Source: Octopus sinensis (lineage: Eukaryota). Taken from it: a DNA stretch of 64,000 bases. The notes beneath the pieces are model-generated. The model worked only from the letters and a program-made list of their open reading frames with translations. It was not told where the DNA came from and did no database searches. This document shows positions 13,132 through 25,375 of the stretch, one piece after another; within the stretch, counting starts at the first letter, position 1, and the number at the start of each line of letters is the position of its first letter. The position numbers and the translations under genes were made by a program. The stretch lies in the NCBI RefSeq assembly GCF_006345805.1, contig NC_043014.1, positions 25,978,001-26,042,000 of the forward strand, read 5' to 3'.

Positions 13132-15257
13132 TTCTGGTCAACAAAATGAAACTTTTTTTTTAATCCTCAGAGTTGCTGATTGACTTTTCTGGGTGAATTT
13201 TTGATGCTGATTACAAATCTGAAGTCTGATTTCCTCAGCTCACATTTTCATGTTAATGATACCTGCTGTTTTAACTTGAATACAAGATACAATAATTTCA
13301 TGGCTTTTTATTGTACAAAATTAAAATTATTGTGTACAAATACACTCAAATGCATAACAACTCAAAATCTTTAGGATTTAGACTTTCTATGGTGTTTTAT
13401 CTCATGTTCATCCCTGTATAACTTCCAACAGTAGTCAACTAACGTTCCTGCATTTGAAAATCCTTGATATCGTTGTTCCACCGATGCAATATCTTGATGA
13501 AAGCGTTCTCTGCAAAAAAGTTCAGATGTGAATGAAGAAAATAGACTTTTAGTAACATCCGACAGCCCATTGCAGCGTAGTAGTCTAGAAGACATTTCAC
13601 TCCATTTCTAAACTCTAGAGATCTCTTGTTGCCTAGGAAATTTTCGCAGAGCCATTTGAAGGATTCCCAGGCTTTAAGCTCAATCTCATCAAGTGCTGTG
13701 AGGAAGTAGTTGTCCTTCAGGAGTTCTTTTATCTGCGGATCTATGAATACGCCCTCCTTTAGTTTTGCCTCGGTGATTTTTGGAAATTTGGCCTTCACAT
13801 TTTGAGCTTTCCTTGGCAAGTGTCTTCACGAATTGTTTCATGAGGCCGAGCTTTATGTGAAGAGGGGGAAGAAGAACGTTTTCTGGTTTTGAAAGTGACT
13901 TAGTCTGGACGCTAGAAACTCCCGGCTCATATGATTTTTGCAAAGGCCACTCTGATTGCACATAGTGCTTGTTAGTTGCACGACTGCCCCATAGGCATAA
14001 AAAGCAACGATATTTCGTGAACACAGATTGCATTCCCATCAACATTCCAATCACCTCCAAGTCTTCACATATTTTTCAGCTGTAGTTTGTATACCTTATG
14101 GCATTGAGGAATGCTTGCATGTTTTCATAACACTCGTTCATGTGCATTGAATGTTCTATGGGAATGGATGGTTTCTTGTTGACGTTGTGTAGTATTACTG
14201 CCTTGAGGCTTCTCTTAGATGAATCAATGAATAAGCGCCATTCAGCTGGAACATGCTCTTGGAACAAACAGTGGAATAACTCATCAGTGTTTTTACTGAA
14301 ACAAAGTGGTCCATCAACAGAGAAGCATGAAGTCAGATCCCTATTCTTCTTCCTGAAATGAGTAATATAAACATCTTTCTTAAGCAGACACTGTTCTTGT
14401 AGGCGAGATGCTAATAGTTCAGCTTTATCCTTCGGCAATGACAAGTCTCTCACTAAATCATTTAACTCTCACTGAGAAAATTTCTGTGGTACGTCTTCAT
14501 TTTCAATTGTGAAATCTGCATCTATTTCAGTGTCTTCCACAGCAGTAGTATTTTCTTCGGGAAATACATCTTCGTTAGACATCTGAAGGCCATTTTCTGG
14601 TGGTATTGAAATAGGAAGATCATCATCATTGTGTGGTACTGGTCTTCTTGCTGATTCCAAGTTGGGATATACAATCTTATGCTTGGTCTTTATAGTAAAC
14701 CCGCATACATTAACGTTGCAGGCATTGCTCTCTTCCTCTTATTTAGTCAACCTCTTAGTCCATTTGAACAAGCTGAGCAGATGATGTGCAGGGCCCAACT
14801 CTTATCTTGATCCCCGAGAGAGCTGCCAAAGTATAACTGGTAGATCTTCTTGATTTCACTTGTGATGGCACGTTGCTAAGCTTTGATGGTAAATGAACCA
14901 CAGACATGACAAAATATAATCAGGACTGTTCTTGCAATGCCTTGACATCCTGAGTAGAATTTGATGTTGATGATGATTTGGCATTTTAAACAGAAAGTAA
15001 AATTTGTGAAAAGAAAAGATTATGAAAACATAAAATTACAAAATTAATACAAATCGTTATAAAACAGAAGTCAGAATTTACCTGTATAAGACGTCTACGT
15101 GCAACGATACTGCTGATGGGAGTTATATACCTCTCTTATCTCATCAGAAAAACTGTGCCTGACACAAGGAAACTAATTACATTTTTGAAATCTGCGGACA
15201 AAACTACATATAAAACACCGTATAATATTCCTGATGAAAATTGGCGGTTGACCAGTG
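13132..15257 (-). mobile_element. Chapaev3-like (CMC) DNA transposon, transposase pseudogene
   Basis: Minus strand gives MSRHCKNSPD.FCHVCGSF...LGDQDKSWALHIIC, YPNLESARRPVPH, RDLSLPKDKAELLASRL, RLFIDSSKRSLKAVILH, KYRCFLCLW, LLPPLHIKLGLMKQFVK. TIR CACTGGTCAAC at the right end and CTGGTCAAC at the left (13134). The superfamily assignment comes from recalled motifs, not a search. Confidence 0.7.
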
Positions 15258-17600
15258 TAATCAAAGGCATATCCTTCAGAATATCCGTTCTATTCGCCAC
15301 CGAGGAAATCTTCAATAACTGCACCACTTATTACAACCAAGCAGTAGATGCTAGTGGTTTCTCACAGAAGATTAGATTTATACCCATCACTAGACTTAAA
15401 GAACACCTCTCTAAACTTAACCCAAGACAACGTGCCCACATATTGTATATCCAAACCCTCCCATTGTGGTTAGACAATCTCGCCCACCTAGCACCCACAC
15501 GCATAACACTCGATCTAAGAATACTAACATAAAACCTTCCAACTTTCCTCTAACATACACTAGGAATTATACATCCCCAAATTTGCCTAATAAAAGCGGC
15601 GGGAGATCTATTCTCTGGCATACACCCCCGTTCGCTTTAAAAGTTAAGGGCCTTGCTAAAGCATTCTTTAAAATAGTAGACTCTAATTTACCACATAACG
15701 GCAAATATCATTCTATCTTTAACAGATCCACTTTGAAATTATCCTCTTCTACACCAGATATAGAATCTATTATTAGCTCATCTAAATGCATACAACCCTA
15801 CCATGGACCTACACAATGAAAACACTAACACCACTTGTAATAACATATTCAAATCCCTGGCCCTAATACTTTAAACAGTACTAACTATATCATAACCACT
15901 ACAATTGATAATACCTATACTACAACTACTAATAATACTAATACTACCACCAACGGCGATATTACTATCACTGAAAATAATACTATTACTAGCACTCTTA
16001 CCACAAACGCTACTACTAATAGTTGTAATAATATAACTAATACCACCACCAGTACCACTGCTGCTGCTGCTGCTACAACAACAACAACAACAACTACTAC
16101 TACTACTACTACTACCTAGTAGTAGTAGTAGTAGTAGTAGTAATTATAATAGCAATGGCGATAACGATAATGACGATGATAATGGTAACGATGTCGTTGA
16201 TATTGGTAATAGAAATGATGGCAATGATAACAGCAATATCATGAACGATGCACCTAATACAACCTCAGCCTTTAGCTTGTCAACTAGCTGCACTACCTCA
16301 TCTCTCTCTCCCAACTAACCATCGTAGAACTGATAGCTGCAACTGCAAATCTGGGACAGACTGCTTGCTGCAGGCCCATTGCAGATGATTCAACGTCGTA
16401 TACCAATGCACCGTTCACAACATAGTAAATAACTCAAATAACTACTATATTGGATCTACCTGATGCATCATTTAAACTCGTTTAAATATAAAGAGCATAG
16501 CAATTCCACATCACTAGCCAACCACGTAAACCATTTAATTAATAGAAAGATACAATATAGGCTATCCTGAGCTATAACAGATTCTGGCATCCCATATCAG
16601 GGCCAGCGCTCCACTTGTAAACTCTGCCTAAAAGAAGCCCTCAAAACTTTAAGCCACAAAGGCTTAACAAACACAACGAAGTTTTCACAACGTGTAAATA
16701 CAAATTCTCCGCACTTAAATTCTTCCATAAATCCAAATGTAAATCCCCCCCACCCCCGACGTATAACACTCACATACATACCTCTGTATATCTCTTCTGT
16801 CAACCTTACCTTAGCAATTTATAAGATAAATGCTAATTCTTTAATTTAGTTTTAAACCTGAACCTATAAAATCCCCTAATATTTAGTTCTAACTCTTATT
16901 CCTAAATAATTTAACATGCGACTGGTTTCTCCCTTCACGAAAACCTACACACCCATACCCACAAAGCTAAAAATATTTCTACAGACACTGACCTTAGCCA
17001 TAAAACGGACACAGCTACTTACTACTAGATTTCCTCCAGAATCCCTACTGACTAGAAGAATACGACTGGCACCTACTATTCTCTTTGAATCCCTTTCATT
17101 TTACTTTATTTTTTACGTTATCTTCATATCCTCCTCCTCTCTCCTTATTTACCCTTATATATTTATTTGTTTATTTATCTTCTTTATTTTTGTACACTAT
17201 ATGCTTATGTACCTTATTTTATTCTTAATACCAATCCTTGCTTTCCTCCCTCACTCTCTCTACCTATCTTTCTATTTATTTATTTATCAATTTATTTATT
17301 CATTTTTCTTTGTTTACCCTTTAATAGTTAACTCCGCTACCATGTTCCCATTCTCCCATTCTCTTACGTTCGCGTTTATTTCTGGATATTTACACCATTA
17401 AAACTTTAACCCACATGAATTTACACAGGATTACACGCGAGGACTTATGGACTAACTTCTACACGATCGAAAAGTTGAACTGTGAACTTAAATGCTTCTT
17501 TTTTTCTTATCTTTCCTATTTTTCTTTATCTCCTTATTCCTGTTCTCCTGTCCTCTATGTCGTCGGTTCATTAATCTATATCCAGCTCATTTTCCTCACT

Positions 17601-17656
17601 TGTCTCCGATGACGAAATATCCCATACTCTGGAATATCCCAGAAACAGCAGTAAAA
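17601..17656 (+). ncRNA. Degenerate type I hammerhead motif in PLE 3' repeat (second copy on minus strand at 12595-12540)
   Basis: tgtct-CCGATGA-cgaaatatccc/atactct/ggaatatccca-GAAAC-AGCA-GTA-aaaca; stems partly mismatched. Confidence 0.5.
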
Positions 17657-17748
17657 CATTGAACTTTTCCAATAATAACGTATATTACTTGAGTTTATCT
17701 TGCTTTAACTTTTGTTGTCCTCTTTAACAATTATATATATTGGTATAT

Positions 17749-17915
<167 letters not shown>

Positions 17916-18671
17916 CATACATACTTACACGCACGCACACACACACATATTGAAAGAAAAAGAAAATGGAGAAAAAAATGAATGTATGAATAATTTATTT
18001 GTATGTTATAAAATGATGAAATTTTCTTTTAAAAACATAACGGTACAAATAAATTGATTACAAGTTGTAAAGCTCAAAAAATAAAATAAAAGAACCCTCA
18101 TATATGTTTCAGTCCTATCACCTAGTTGATCAGGAGTTCTAAGCATTTGGTTAAATGCTAAGAAAGGTATCATATTCTAACTATATGGGGTAGGATTTCT
18201 TTAGCTTATGGGACTTAGGTTATACTTTTTCGTTTGAAGGATGTATACGGAGTATTAGTGAGTTTAAAATGTTAAAAGCTATATATAGTAAGTGTATCTA
18301 AGTGATGGGTTCTATATATTCATGAATATGTGTATATATGTATTTGCATCTATATCTATATATCTATATATCAATACACTAAGGCCGGTTGCTACATGGC
18401 CCTGCACTTAACCTGTTTACATCTTTCTGCCTCTTTCTTCAACTAAGCACACAACATATTAGCAATATCTTTTTCTTATCTCTCGGCGTTAACACTCAAA
18501 GTCTGTGTGTGTGTATGTCGGTGCGCGCGCGCGTGTTCGTAGAAATGGGCAAGGGCAAGGAAATAAAGAAATAGACAGAGAAAGAAAGGCAAGAATTGGT
18601 GAGTTATTTTTCTAAAAAAACAATATAAGTTAAACATATAGCAAAAAGACAAAAAATTATAAGTAACTTAC

Positions 18672-18792
18672 TGTCATAGCGTCCAAGAGCAGCTTCGGAT
18701 TCCTTGTATTCTGCGATTGTTCCGAATATTATGATAAATATTATTTGAAGAATTAGCAACATTAGACTTAATTTTCCTCGGAACCACTTCAT
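18672..18792 (-). CDS. Rh50: Rh-family ammonium/CO2 transporter, coding exon 1 (40 codons + 1 nt)
   Basis: ATG at 18792-18790, MKWFRGKLSLMLLILQIIFIIIFGTIAEYKESEAALGRYD is a typical Rh TM1. Ends at a GTAAGT donor (phase 1) that joins exon 2 as A|TG, giving RYDMIQDVH. Confidence 0.88.
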
Positions 18793-18888
18793 CTTCTTTT
18801 CTTCTGCTTCCTTCCTTTTCAGCTACACTGAAGATTTCGTAATCACTGCAAATAATATTTTTACTATTATATATATATATATATATAT

Positions 18889-19588
18889 TGATAAAACGGT
18901 AAGATAACAAAAGAAAGAAAGAGACCTCAATATTATGTAAATAGAGGAAATTTATCTATACAATATGTTACATTACTCGGTAGTCAAGATAAAACTCTGA
19001 GTTTCAGATGCCGAAGTGGAAATCCACAACACCATCTCTTCGGTTATCTGGCTATTTGAAAACGTTATGAAAAAATACCGTTAAAAATGAAGGGAAATTA
19101 CTCTGTTATAACTCTGCTTTGCCTGCGTACTTATACATCGCTCGCATTTTTCGTCATAAAAATTATATAAAAATACATAAAAATATATAAAAATATATAA
19201 AAATATATAAAATCTTCTTGGGACATAACACAGAAAGCATGTTCTATCCGTTTTCTTTAGGGGACCAAAATTTCTGTTACGTTTTTGGTCCCCTAAAGAA
19301 AACGGATAGAACATGCTTTCTGTGTTATGTCCCAAGAAGATTTTATATATTTTTATATATTTTTATATATTTTTATGTATTTTTATATAATTTTTATGAC
19401 GAAAAATGCGAGCGATGTATAAGTACGCAGGCAAAGCAGAGTTATAACAGAGTAATTTCCCTTCATTTTTAACGGTATTTTTTCATAACGTTTTCAAATA
19501 GCCAGATAACCGAAGAGATGGTGTTGTGGATTTCCACTTCGGCATCTGAAACTCAGAGTTTTATCTTGACTACCGAGTAATGTAACAT

Positions 19589-19596
<8 letters not shown>
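18889..19596. mobile_element. Fold-back HHR-bearing element: perfect 314-bp inverted repeat with 12-bp spacer, between (TA)n tracts
   Basis: Arms 18957-19270 and 19283-19596, spacer tttctgttacgt. Each arm has GATAA-CCGAAGA-GATG...CATC-T-GAAAC-TCAGA-GTT-TTATC (19505-19565 plus; 19048-18988 minus). Confidence 0.85.
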
Positions 19597-19627
<31 letters not shown>

Positions 19628-19753
19628 GTGTGGTGTGTGTGTGTGTGTGTGTGAATGTGTGTGTATACATACACACATATATAATATATATATATATGTA
19701 TATATATAGTATATATATATGTATATATATATGTATGTATATATATATGTATG

Positions 19754-19820
<67 letters not shown>

Positions 19821-19841
19821 TATATATATTACACATATATA

Positions 19842-20535
19842 TCTCTATATATATAAAACTGAGAATGTGTGTCTGTCTGTCTGTGTGTTTCCATAAAACT
19901 TGAGAACTATACAACCAATTTCATTCAAATTTTACACATGCCTTACTTAGGGTCCATGTAATTTTATGGGCAAAAAAAATGTTCAACTTCTTGCCTAGAA
20001 CGAGCCCATAGCGATATCATATCTTCTCCACTATTTCAGTATAACGTGTTAAAAGTGAAACAAAAATTTCTCTATTTTATGTCACTTTAACAATAAAAAT
20101 AATAATAACAATTGAATTATATGTAGTAAGTAATAATTAAAATCAAACTAAAGTATAATATAAGTAAAAATAGCAATTGGTATAAAATTGCATCAGTGAT
20201 TTAAACTTGAATAAGTGGTTTCATATGAATGGGAATTAAATTAAAAATAAAATTAGGGTGCAGAAATGGAATAGTCCAGATGGATAATAAAAAAATTAAA
20301 TCAAAGAAAAGACTATTGTCTATATAGTATACAATGTAGAGAAAAAAGAACTAACAATTCCAGTCTGTTATATATTTTGAGTATTGTTATCACTAGCGAT
20401 ATCAAGATATAACATTGTATTTTGCATTTTGTGTAGATGTATATATATAGATGTACATGTAATATGTACACATATATATACACATATATACATGCACTAG
20501 CACTATGACCCGGCAACGACGGGTCTTTAATGCTA

Positions 20536-20536
<1 letters not shown>
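19842..20536 (+). mobile_element. Non-autonomous Helitron (695 bp)
   Basis: 5' A|TCTCTATATATATAAAAC; 3' hairpin gacccggcaacgacgggtc followed by CTAG|T; inserted in (TA)n. Confidence 0.85.
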
Positions 20537-20569
<33 letters not shown>

Positions 20570-20571
<2 letters not shown>

Positions 20572-20854
20572 ATAAAAATGGTAAGACAACAAAAGAATGA
20601 AAGAGACCTCGATATTATGTAAATAGAGGAATTTATCTGTAAACGTAATATGTGACAATTATTCGGTAGCTATCGGCTTTTCAAATACCTCTTTTGTCTT
20701 AATAACGGTCAATCACACGGTAATTTCCCTTTGTATAACGGTCACTTTTCATTGTATTTTTCCGATAGCCAGATAACTGAAGAGATGGCGGCGTGGATTT
20801 CGAAATTCGGAGTTTTATCATGGCTACCGAATAATTGTCACATATTACATTTAC

Positions 20855-20858
<4 letters not shown>
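20570..20858. mobile_element. Second member of the 18889 HHR family with short terminal inversion
   Basis: Left end homologous to 18889-18985; 36-bp inverted arms 20635-20670 and 20823-20858 (1 mismatch); GATAA-CTGAAGA...GAAA-TTCGGA-GTT-TTATC at 20772-20819. Confidence 0.75.
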
Positions 20859-20917
<59 letters not shown>

Positions 20918-20930
20918 ATAATATATATAT

Positions 20931-22117
20931 ATATTTAAATAATGAGGGAGATAAATTAATATTAATTTTAATATCAATTTAAAACCAGTAGTCCAGCATA
21001 CAAAAATCTGAGGAGTCAGAGAAAATTCTAATATATGTGTATATTGGCAGGGCTTACTGCTAGGGAGTCGGCCATATGCTAGAAATAGACCATCAACGGT
21101 CAAACTACAAGGAAATTCTCTAGAGGAAAAATACAGCGAACACCAGAACCAATTTTGGCGGGCATGACAGATGAAAATTTATATAAAAAACAGAATTAAA
21201 TGCATACCTCGGTTTCAGCCTTAACAAGAGAATTACTTATGCAATCCAAATGTCCGTGCTTTGTATTCGGTAAAGCTATACAATGTGTCTGTACTGGCAC
21301 GAAAGCTGGGGTTAGCTTTTCCGTTTACATTACTATGAACGGATGCACTGAAGAAGCACGGACATTTGGATTGCATAAGTAATTCTCTTGTTAAGGCTGA
21401 AACCGAGGTATGCATTTAATTCTGTTTTTTATATAAATTTTCATCTGTCATGCCCGCCAAAATTGGTTCTGGTGTTCGCTGTAATTTTCCTCTAGAGAAT
21501 TTCCTTGTAGTTTGACCGTTGATGGTCTATTTCTAGCATATGGCCGACTCCCTAGCAGTAAGCCCTGCCAATATACACATATATTAGAATTTTCTCTGAC
21601 TCCTCAGATTTTTGTATGCTGGACTACTGGTTTTAAATTGATATTAAAATTAATATTAACTTATCTCCCTCATTATTTAAATATTGAAATAAATACGTTC
21701 TCTAGTACTAAGCACGAACCGCAGTGAATTATTTACTGCAGCCCTTCGCCTCAGAAATTTATTAGCGCGCCAGAGCCAAGACATTTGAAATTTTATCACT
21801 AGTGTAATCGGTAAAGCTACACACGTGTCTGTACTGGCACGAAAGCTGGGGTTAGCTTTTCCGTTTACATTACTATGAACGGATACACTGAAGAAGCACG
21901 GACATTTGGATTGCATAAGTAATTCTCTTGTTAAGGCTGAAACCGAGGTATGCATTTAATTCTGTTTTTTAAATAAATTTTCATCTGTCATGCCCGCCAA
22001 AATTGGTTCTGGTGTTCGCTGTATTTTTCCTCTAGAGAATTTCCTTGTAGTTTGACCGTTGATGGTCTATTTCTAGCATATGGCCGACTCCCTAGCAGTA
22101 AGCCCTGCCAATATACA
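20931..22117 (+). mobile_element. HHR-bearing element: 331-bp inverted copy plus about 1.6 tandem units of 540 bp
   Basis: Inverted arms 20931-21261 and 21354-21684 (2 mismatches seen); direct repeat 21267-21577 and 21808-22117; (TA)n on both sides. Confidence 0.88.
21341..21417 (+). ncRNA. Type I hammerhead ribozyme with elongated stem II (second copy 21881-21957)
   Basis: Stem I GGATGCA/TGCATTT, core CTGAAGA (21348-21354), stem II AGC...GCT enclosing further imperfect helices (GACA/TGTT, ATTGC-ATAA-GTAAT), GAAA 21399-21402, stem III AC-CGAG-GT, GUA triplet with cleavage after 21410. Confidence 0.75.
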
Positions 22118-22204
22118 TATATATATATTATATATATATATATATACCTGTAAATGTAATATGTGACAATTATATATACATATATGTTTTTTCAAAATGT
22201 GACC

Positions 22205-22410
22205 TCGTTTGTACCGTTGGCGATTTTTTTCCCTCTGTCTTCCCTTCTCTGGATCTTTCCTTCTCCTATGTTTCCGACGAAGAGCTCCGCTCGAAACGTT
22301 AAGCTCTCCTTCTTTCCTTCTTTCCTGAGCGTCCAATAATACTATATTTGTTCCACGTCCTCGCGTTGTTGTGTTTTTTTTGTGCTTTCTTGTTTGGATT
22401 AACTAACTAT
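22205..22410 (+). mobile_element. Short repeat with minimal HHR motif (same family as 35021-35220)
   Basis: gttt-CCGACGA-A-GAGC-tcc-GCTC-GAAAC-GTT-aagc at 22270-22304; body nearly identical to 35021-35220. Confidence 0.7.
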
Positions 22411-22823
22411 ACATATATATTGTTGTATTTCGGAATGGTCATTTTGCCAGTTTAGCCAAAAAATACACACGCACTATATATTTGGTGTTACTTTGCTTCA
22501 GTGTTATTTATTTTTTACATTAATCTTAATCTTATTTCGGCCAGAGTTCTTTCGTCACACGCCAGTGACCGATTCAGTGGTCCTTTGCTTTCTTCTTTCT
22601 TATTTGTGTGTCTCTCCTTACTAACCGTCAGCCGTTTTGTATTTCTATTGTATGTGTCTTCATTTGCGCATGCGTATATCTCTATGTGCGTCTATGTTTA
22701 GTTAGTGTGTGTGTGTGTGTGTGTGGGAAATGCCTGTAATATTTGAATCTTCTGTTTATATACGTTCGTGTTATTTGTCTTTGTTTTTGTTTGTTCTTAT
22801 TTTGTTCATGTGTTTACACCCAC

Positions 22824-22895
<72 letters not shown>

Positions 22896-23250
22896 CGTAT
22901 GCTTGTATGTATGTATAACAACAATACTAGTAATAATAATAAAAACCATAGACGCACATAGAGATATACGCATGCGCAAATGAAGACACATACAATAGAA
23001 ATACAAAATGGTTGACGGTTAGTAAGGAGAGACACACAAATAAGAACGAAGAAAGTAAAGGACCACAGGAGTGTGACGAAAGAACTCTGGCCGAAATAAG
23101 ATTAAGATTAATGCAAAAAATTAATAACACTGAAGCAAAGTAACACCAAATATATAGTGCGTGTGTTTTTATTGGCTAAACTGGTAAAATGACCATTCCT
23201 AAATACAACAATATCTGTTTCTACACACGATTTCACATAATAAATCTTGC
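22411..23250. mobile_element. Head-to-head pair of a repeat family carrying a degenerate HHR (third copy 54595-55065)
   Basis: 22411-22700 and 22943-23215 are diverged reverse complements. Minus strand 22580-22541 reads CCA-CTGAATC-G-GTCAC-TGGCGT-GTGAC-GAAA-GAAC-TC-TGG. Confidence 0.7.
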
Positions 23251-23291
23251 ACAACAAATACATACACACACACACACATATATATATATAT

Positions 23292-23360
<69 letters not shown>

Positions 23361-23364
<4 letters not shown>

Positions 23365-23990
23365 CATGTCACTCTTGGGTGCTACTGGTAACATGTAATC
23401 CAGTACAGTCTGTCGCATGGTCGGGTCGTCGGCGACTAAACTGGCAACCCCACAAGGCCTGTTTCGTGAGGAGGGTGTTGTTCGACATCCTGCGGGATAA
23501 AAGATAAGGCCCGTAAAGGGCAAATATACTTCACTATGTCGTGCAGCTACTGTTTATTATTGCTTCTTTACACTTTTTCGAGATCAGTGATTTTTCTTCA
23601 CTGGAAAAAGGATATATGGGAACCACTTCACATCGACAACCGGTGATTGTCACACGCTGATGACAGGTCAATACCCAGAAACTCGGGTCCGTATGTATCA
23701 TGTCAGGCTGGAGATGGGAAGGATGGCTTCCCTTTGCAAATACTGATAGGGCACAGAAAGTGTGTCAATAGCCAGCTGGAGGAGGTGTCCTCCTGGGCTA
23801 CAAGGTATAGGAGCATTCACCATTAAGGGCTAGCCAAATTTAAGTGACAAAGATACTTCACTATGTCGTGCAGCTACTGTTTATACCTCACTCAGAGTTT
23901 TATTATTGCTCTTTTACTTTTCTTTATACAATATTATTATTTATATGTAATTCTTATTCACACATCGTACCTTTTTTTTTATTTTTCTAT
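23361..23990 (+). mobile_element. HHR-bearing element with diverged tandem units of about 330 bp
   Basis: CACACG-CTGATGA-CAGGT-CAAT-ACCCA-GAAAC-TCGG-GTC-CGTATG at 23651-23695; repeat atacttcactatgtcgtgcagctactgtttat at 23526 and 23853 (offset 327). Confidence 0.65.
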
Positions 23991-24005
23991 ATGTATATAT
24001 ATATA

Positions 24006-24414
24006 GGCGCAGGAGTGGCTGTGTGGTAAGTAGCTTGTCTATCAACCACATGGTTCCGGGTTCAGTCCCACTGCGTGGCACCTTGGGCAAGTGTCTTCTA
24101 CTATAGCCTCGGGCCGACCAAAGCCTTGTGAATGGATTTGGTAGACGGAAACTGAAAGAAGCCCGTCGTATATATGTATATATATATATATATGCGTGTG
24201 TGTGTTTGTGTGTCTGTGTTTGTCCCCTAGCATTGCTTGACAACCGATGCTGGTGTGTTTATGTCCCCGTTACTTAGCGGTTCGGCAAAAAGAAACCGAT
24301 AGAATAAGTACTGGGCTTACAAAGAATAAGGCCCGGGGTCGAGTTCCTCGATTAAAGGCGGTGCTCCAGCATGGCCGCAGTCAAATGACTGAAACAAGTA
24401 AAAGAGTAAAAGAG
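24006..24414 (+). mobile_element. tRNA-derived SINE family B with internal (TA)n(TG)n
   Basis: Head ggcgcaggagtggctgtgtggtaag with B-box-like ggttcagtccc; tail ggtgctccagcatggccgcagtcaaatgactgaaacaagtaaaagag; three copies in the window. Confidence 0.85.
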
Positions 24415-24599
24415 AAAAAGAGAGAGTATATACATACATTTATATTTATTTATTTATTTATTTTTATTTGTATTTTTATTCATTTATTTATTTATTTATT
24501 CATTCTTTTTTTTGCACTTATTGATTTATAATTAATCTACTTATATCTTAATTAATAGTAATTTCTGTTTACTTATTGTGTATGTATGTATGTATACGT

Positions 24600-25375
24600 C
24601 TTTTGATGGGCATACATATATTTTGTAATTTAGTAAATATAGGTGGATATGTCGAAATGTGTTCATAAGTATATGTATGTATGTTTTTGTATGTATATGT
24701 ACGTTCATAGATGGATATATATGTATAAGTTTTTCTTATACATATGAGTACGCAAGTACGTATTTAAATATGTATATATGTATATGCGAATATTTGCAGA
24801 CAGTACATGAGAGTGTATTAATGTTTGTAGGTCGTAATTTGTTCATAAGTATATGTATGTGTATGTATGTTTTAGTATGTATATGTGTATTCATGGGTGA
24901 ATATATATATATGTTTTTCTTATACGTATGAGTGCGCAGATATATATTTAAATATGTATATATGTATATGCGAATGTTTGCAGACACAGTGTATGAGAGT
25001 GTATAAACGTTTATAGATATGTGCGGATGTGCGTATGAGTATGTGTCTGAGTGTATAAACGTTGCTATTGCTGTCCCTGCCTGTGCTGGTTTATATATAC
25101 GCCATTTGATGACAGACATATATTTTGTAACTTAGTAAATATATGTGGATATGTCGAAATGTATTCATATGTATATATATATGTGTATGTATGTTTTTGT
25201 ATGGATATGTATATTCATGGTTGGATATATATGTATATGTTTTTCTTATACGTATGAGTACGCAAATGCATATTTAAATGTGTATATAAGTATATGCGAA
25301 TGTTTGCAGACGCAGTGCATAAGAGTGTATATGTTTATGTATATGTGCGGATGTAGTGTGTATGTGTGTGTGTAA
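24600..25375. repeat. Degenerate AT-rich tandem repeat (unit roughly 230-270 bp)
   Basis: Blocks such as ttttgtaa.ttagtaaatata.gtggatatgtcgaaatgt and tatgcgaat.tttgcagaca recur two to three times. Confidence 0.75.

Noticed and set aside
15232-15257. CTGATGA resembling a hammerhead core
   Set aside because: No GAAA or stem III follows; it lies in the subterminal region of the Chapaev3-like transposon.
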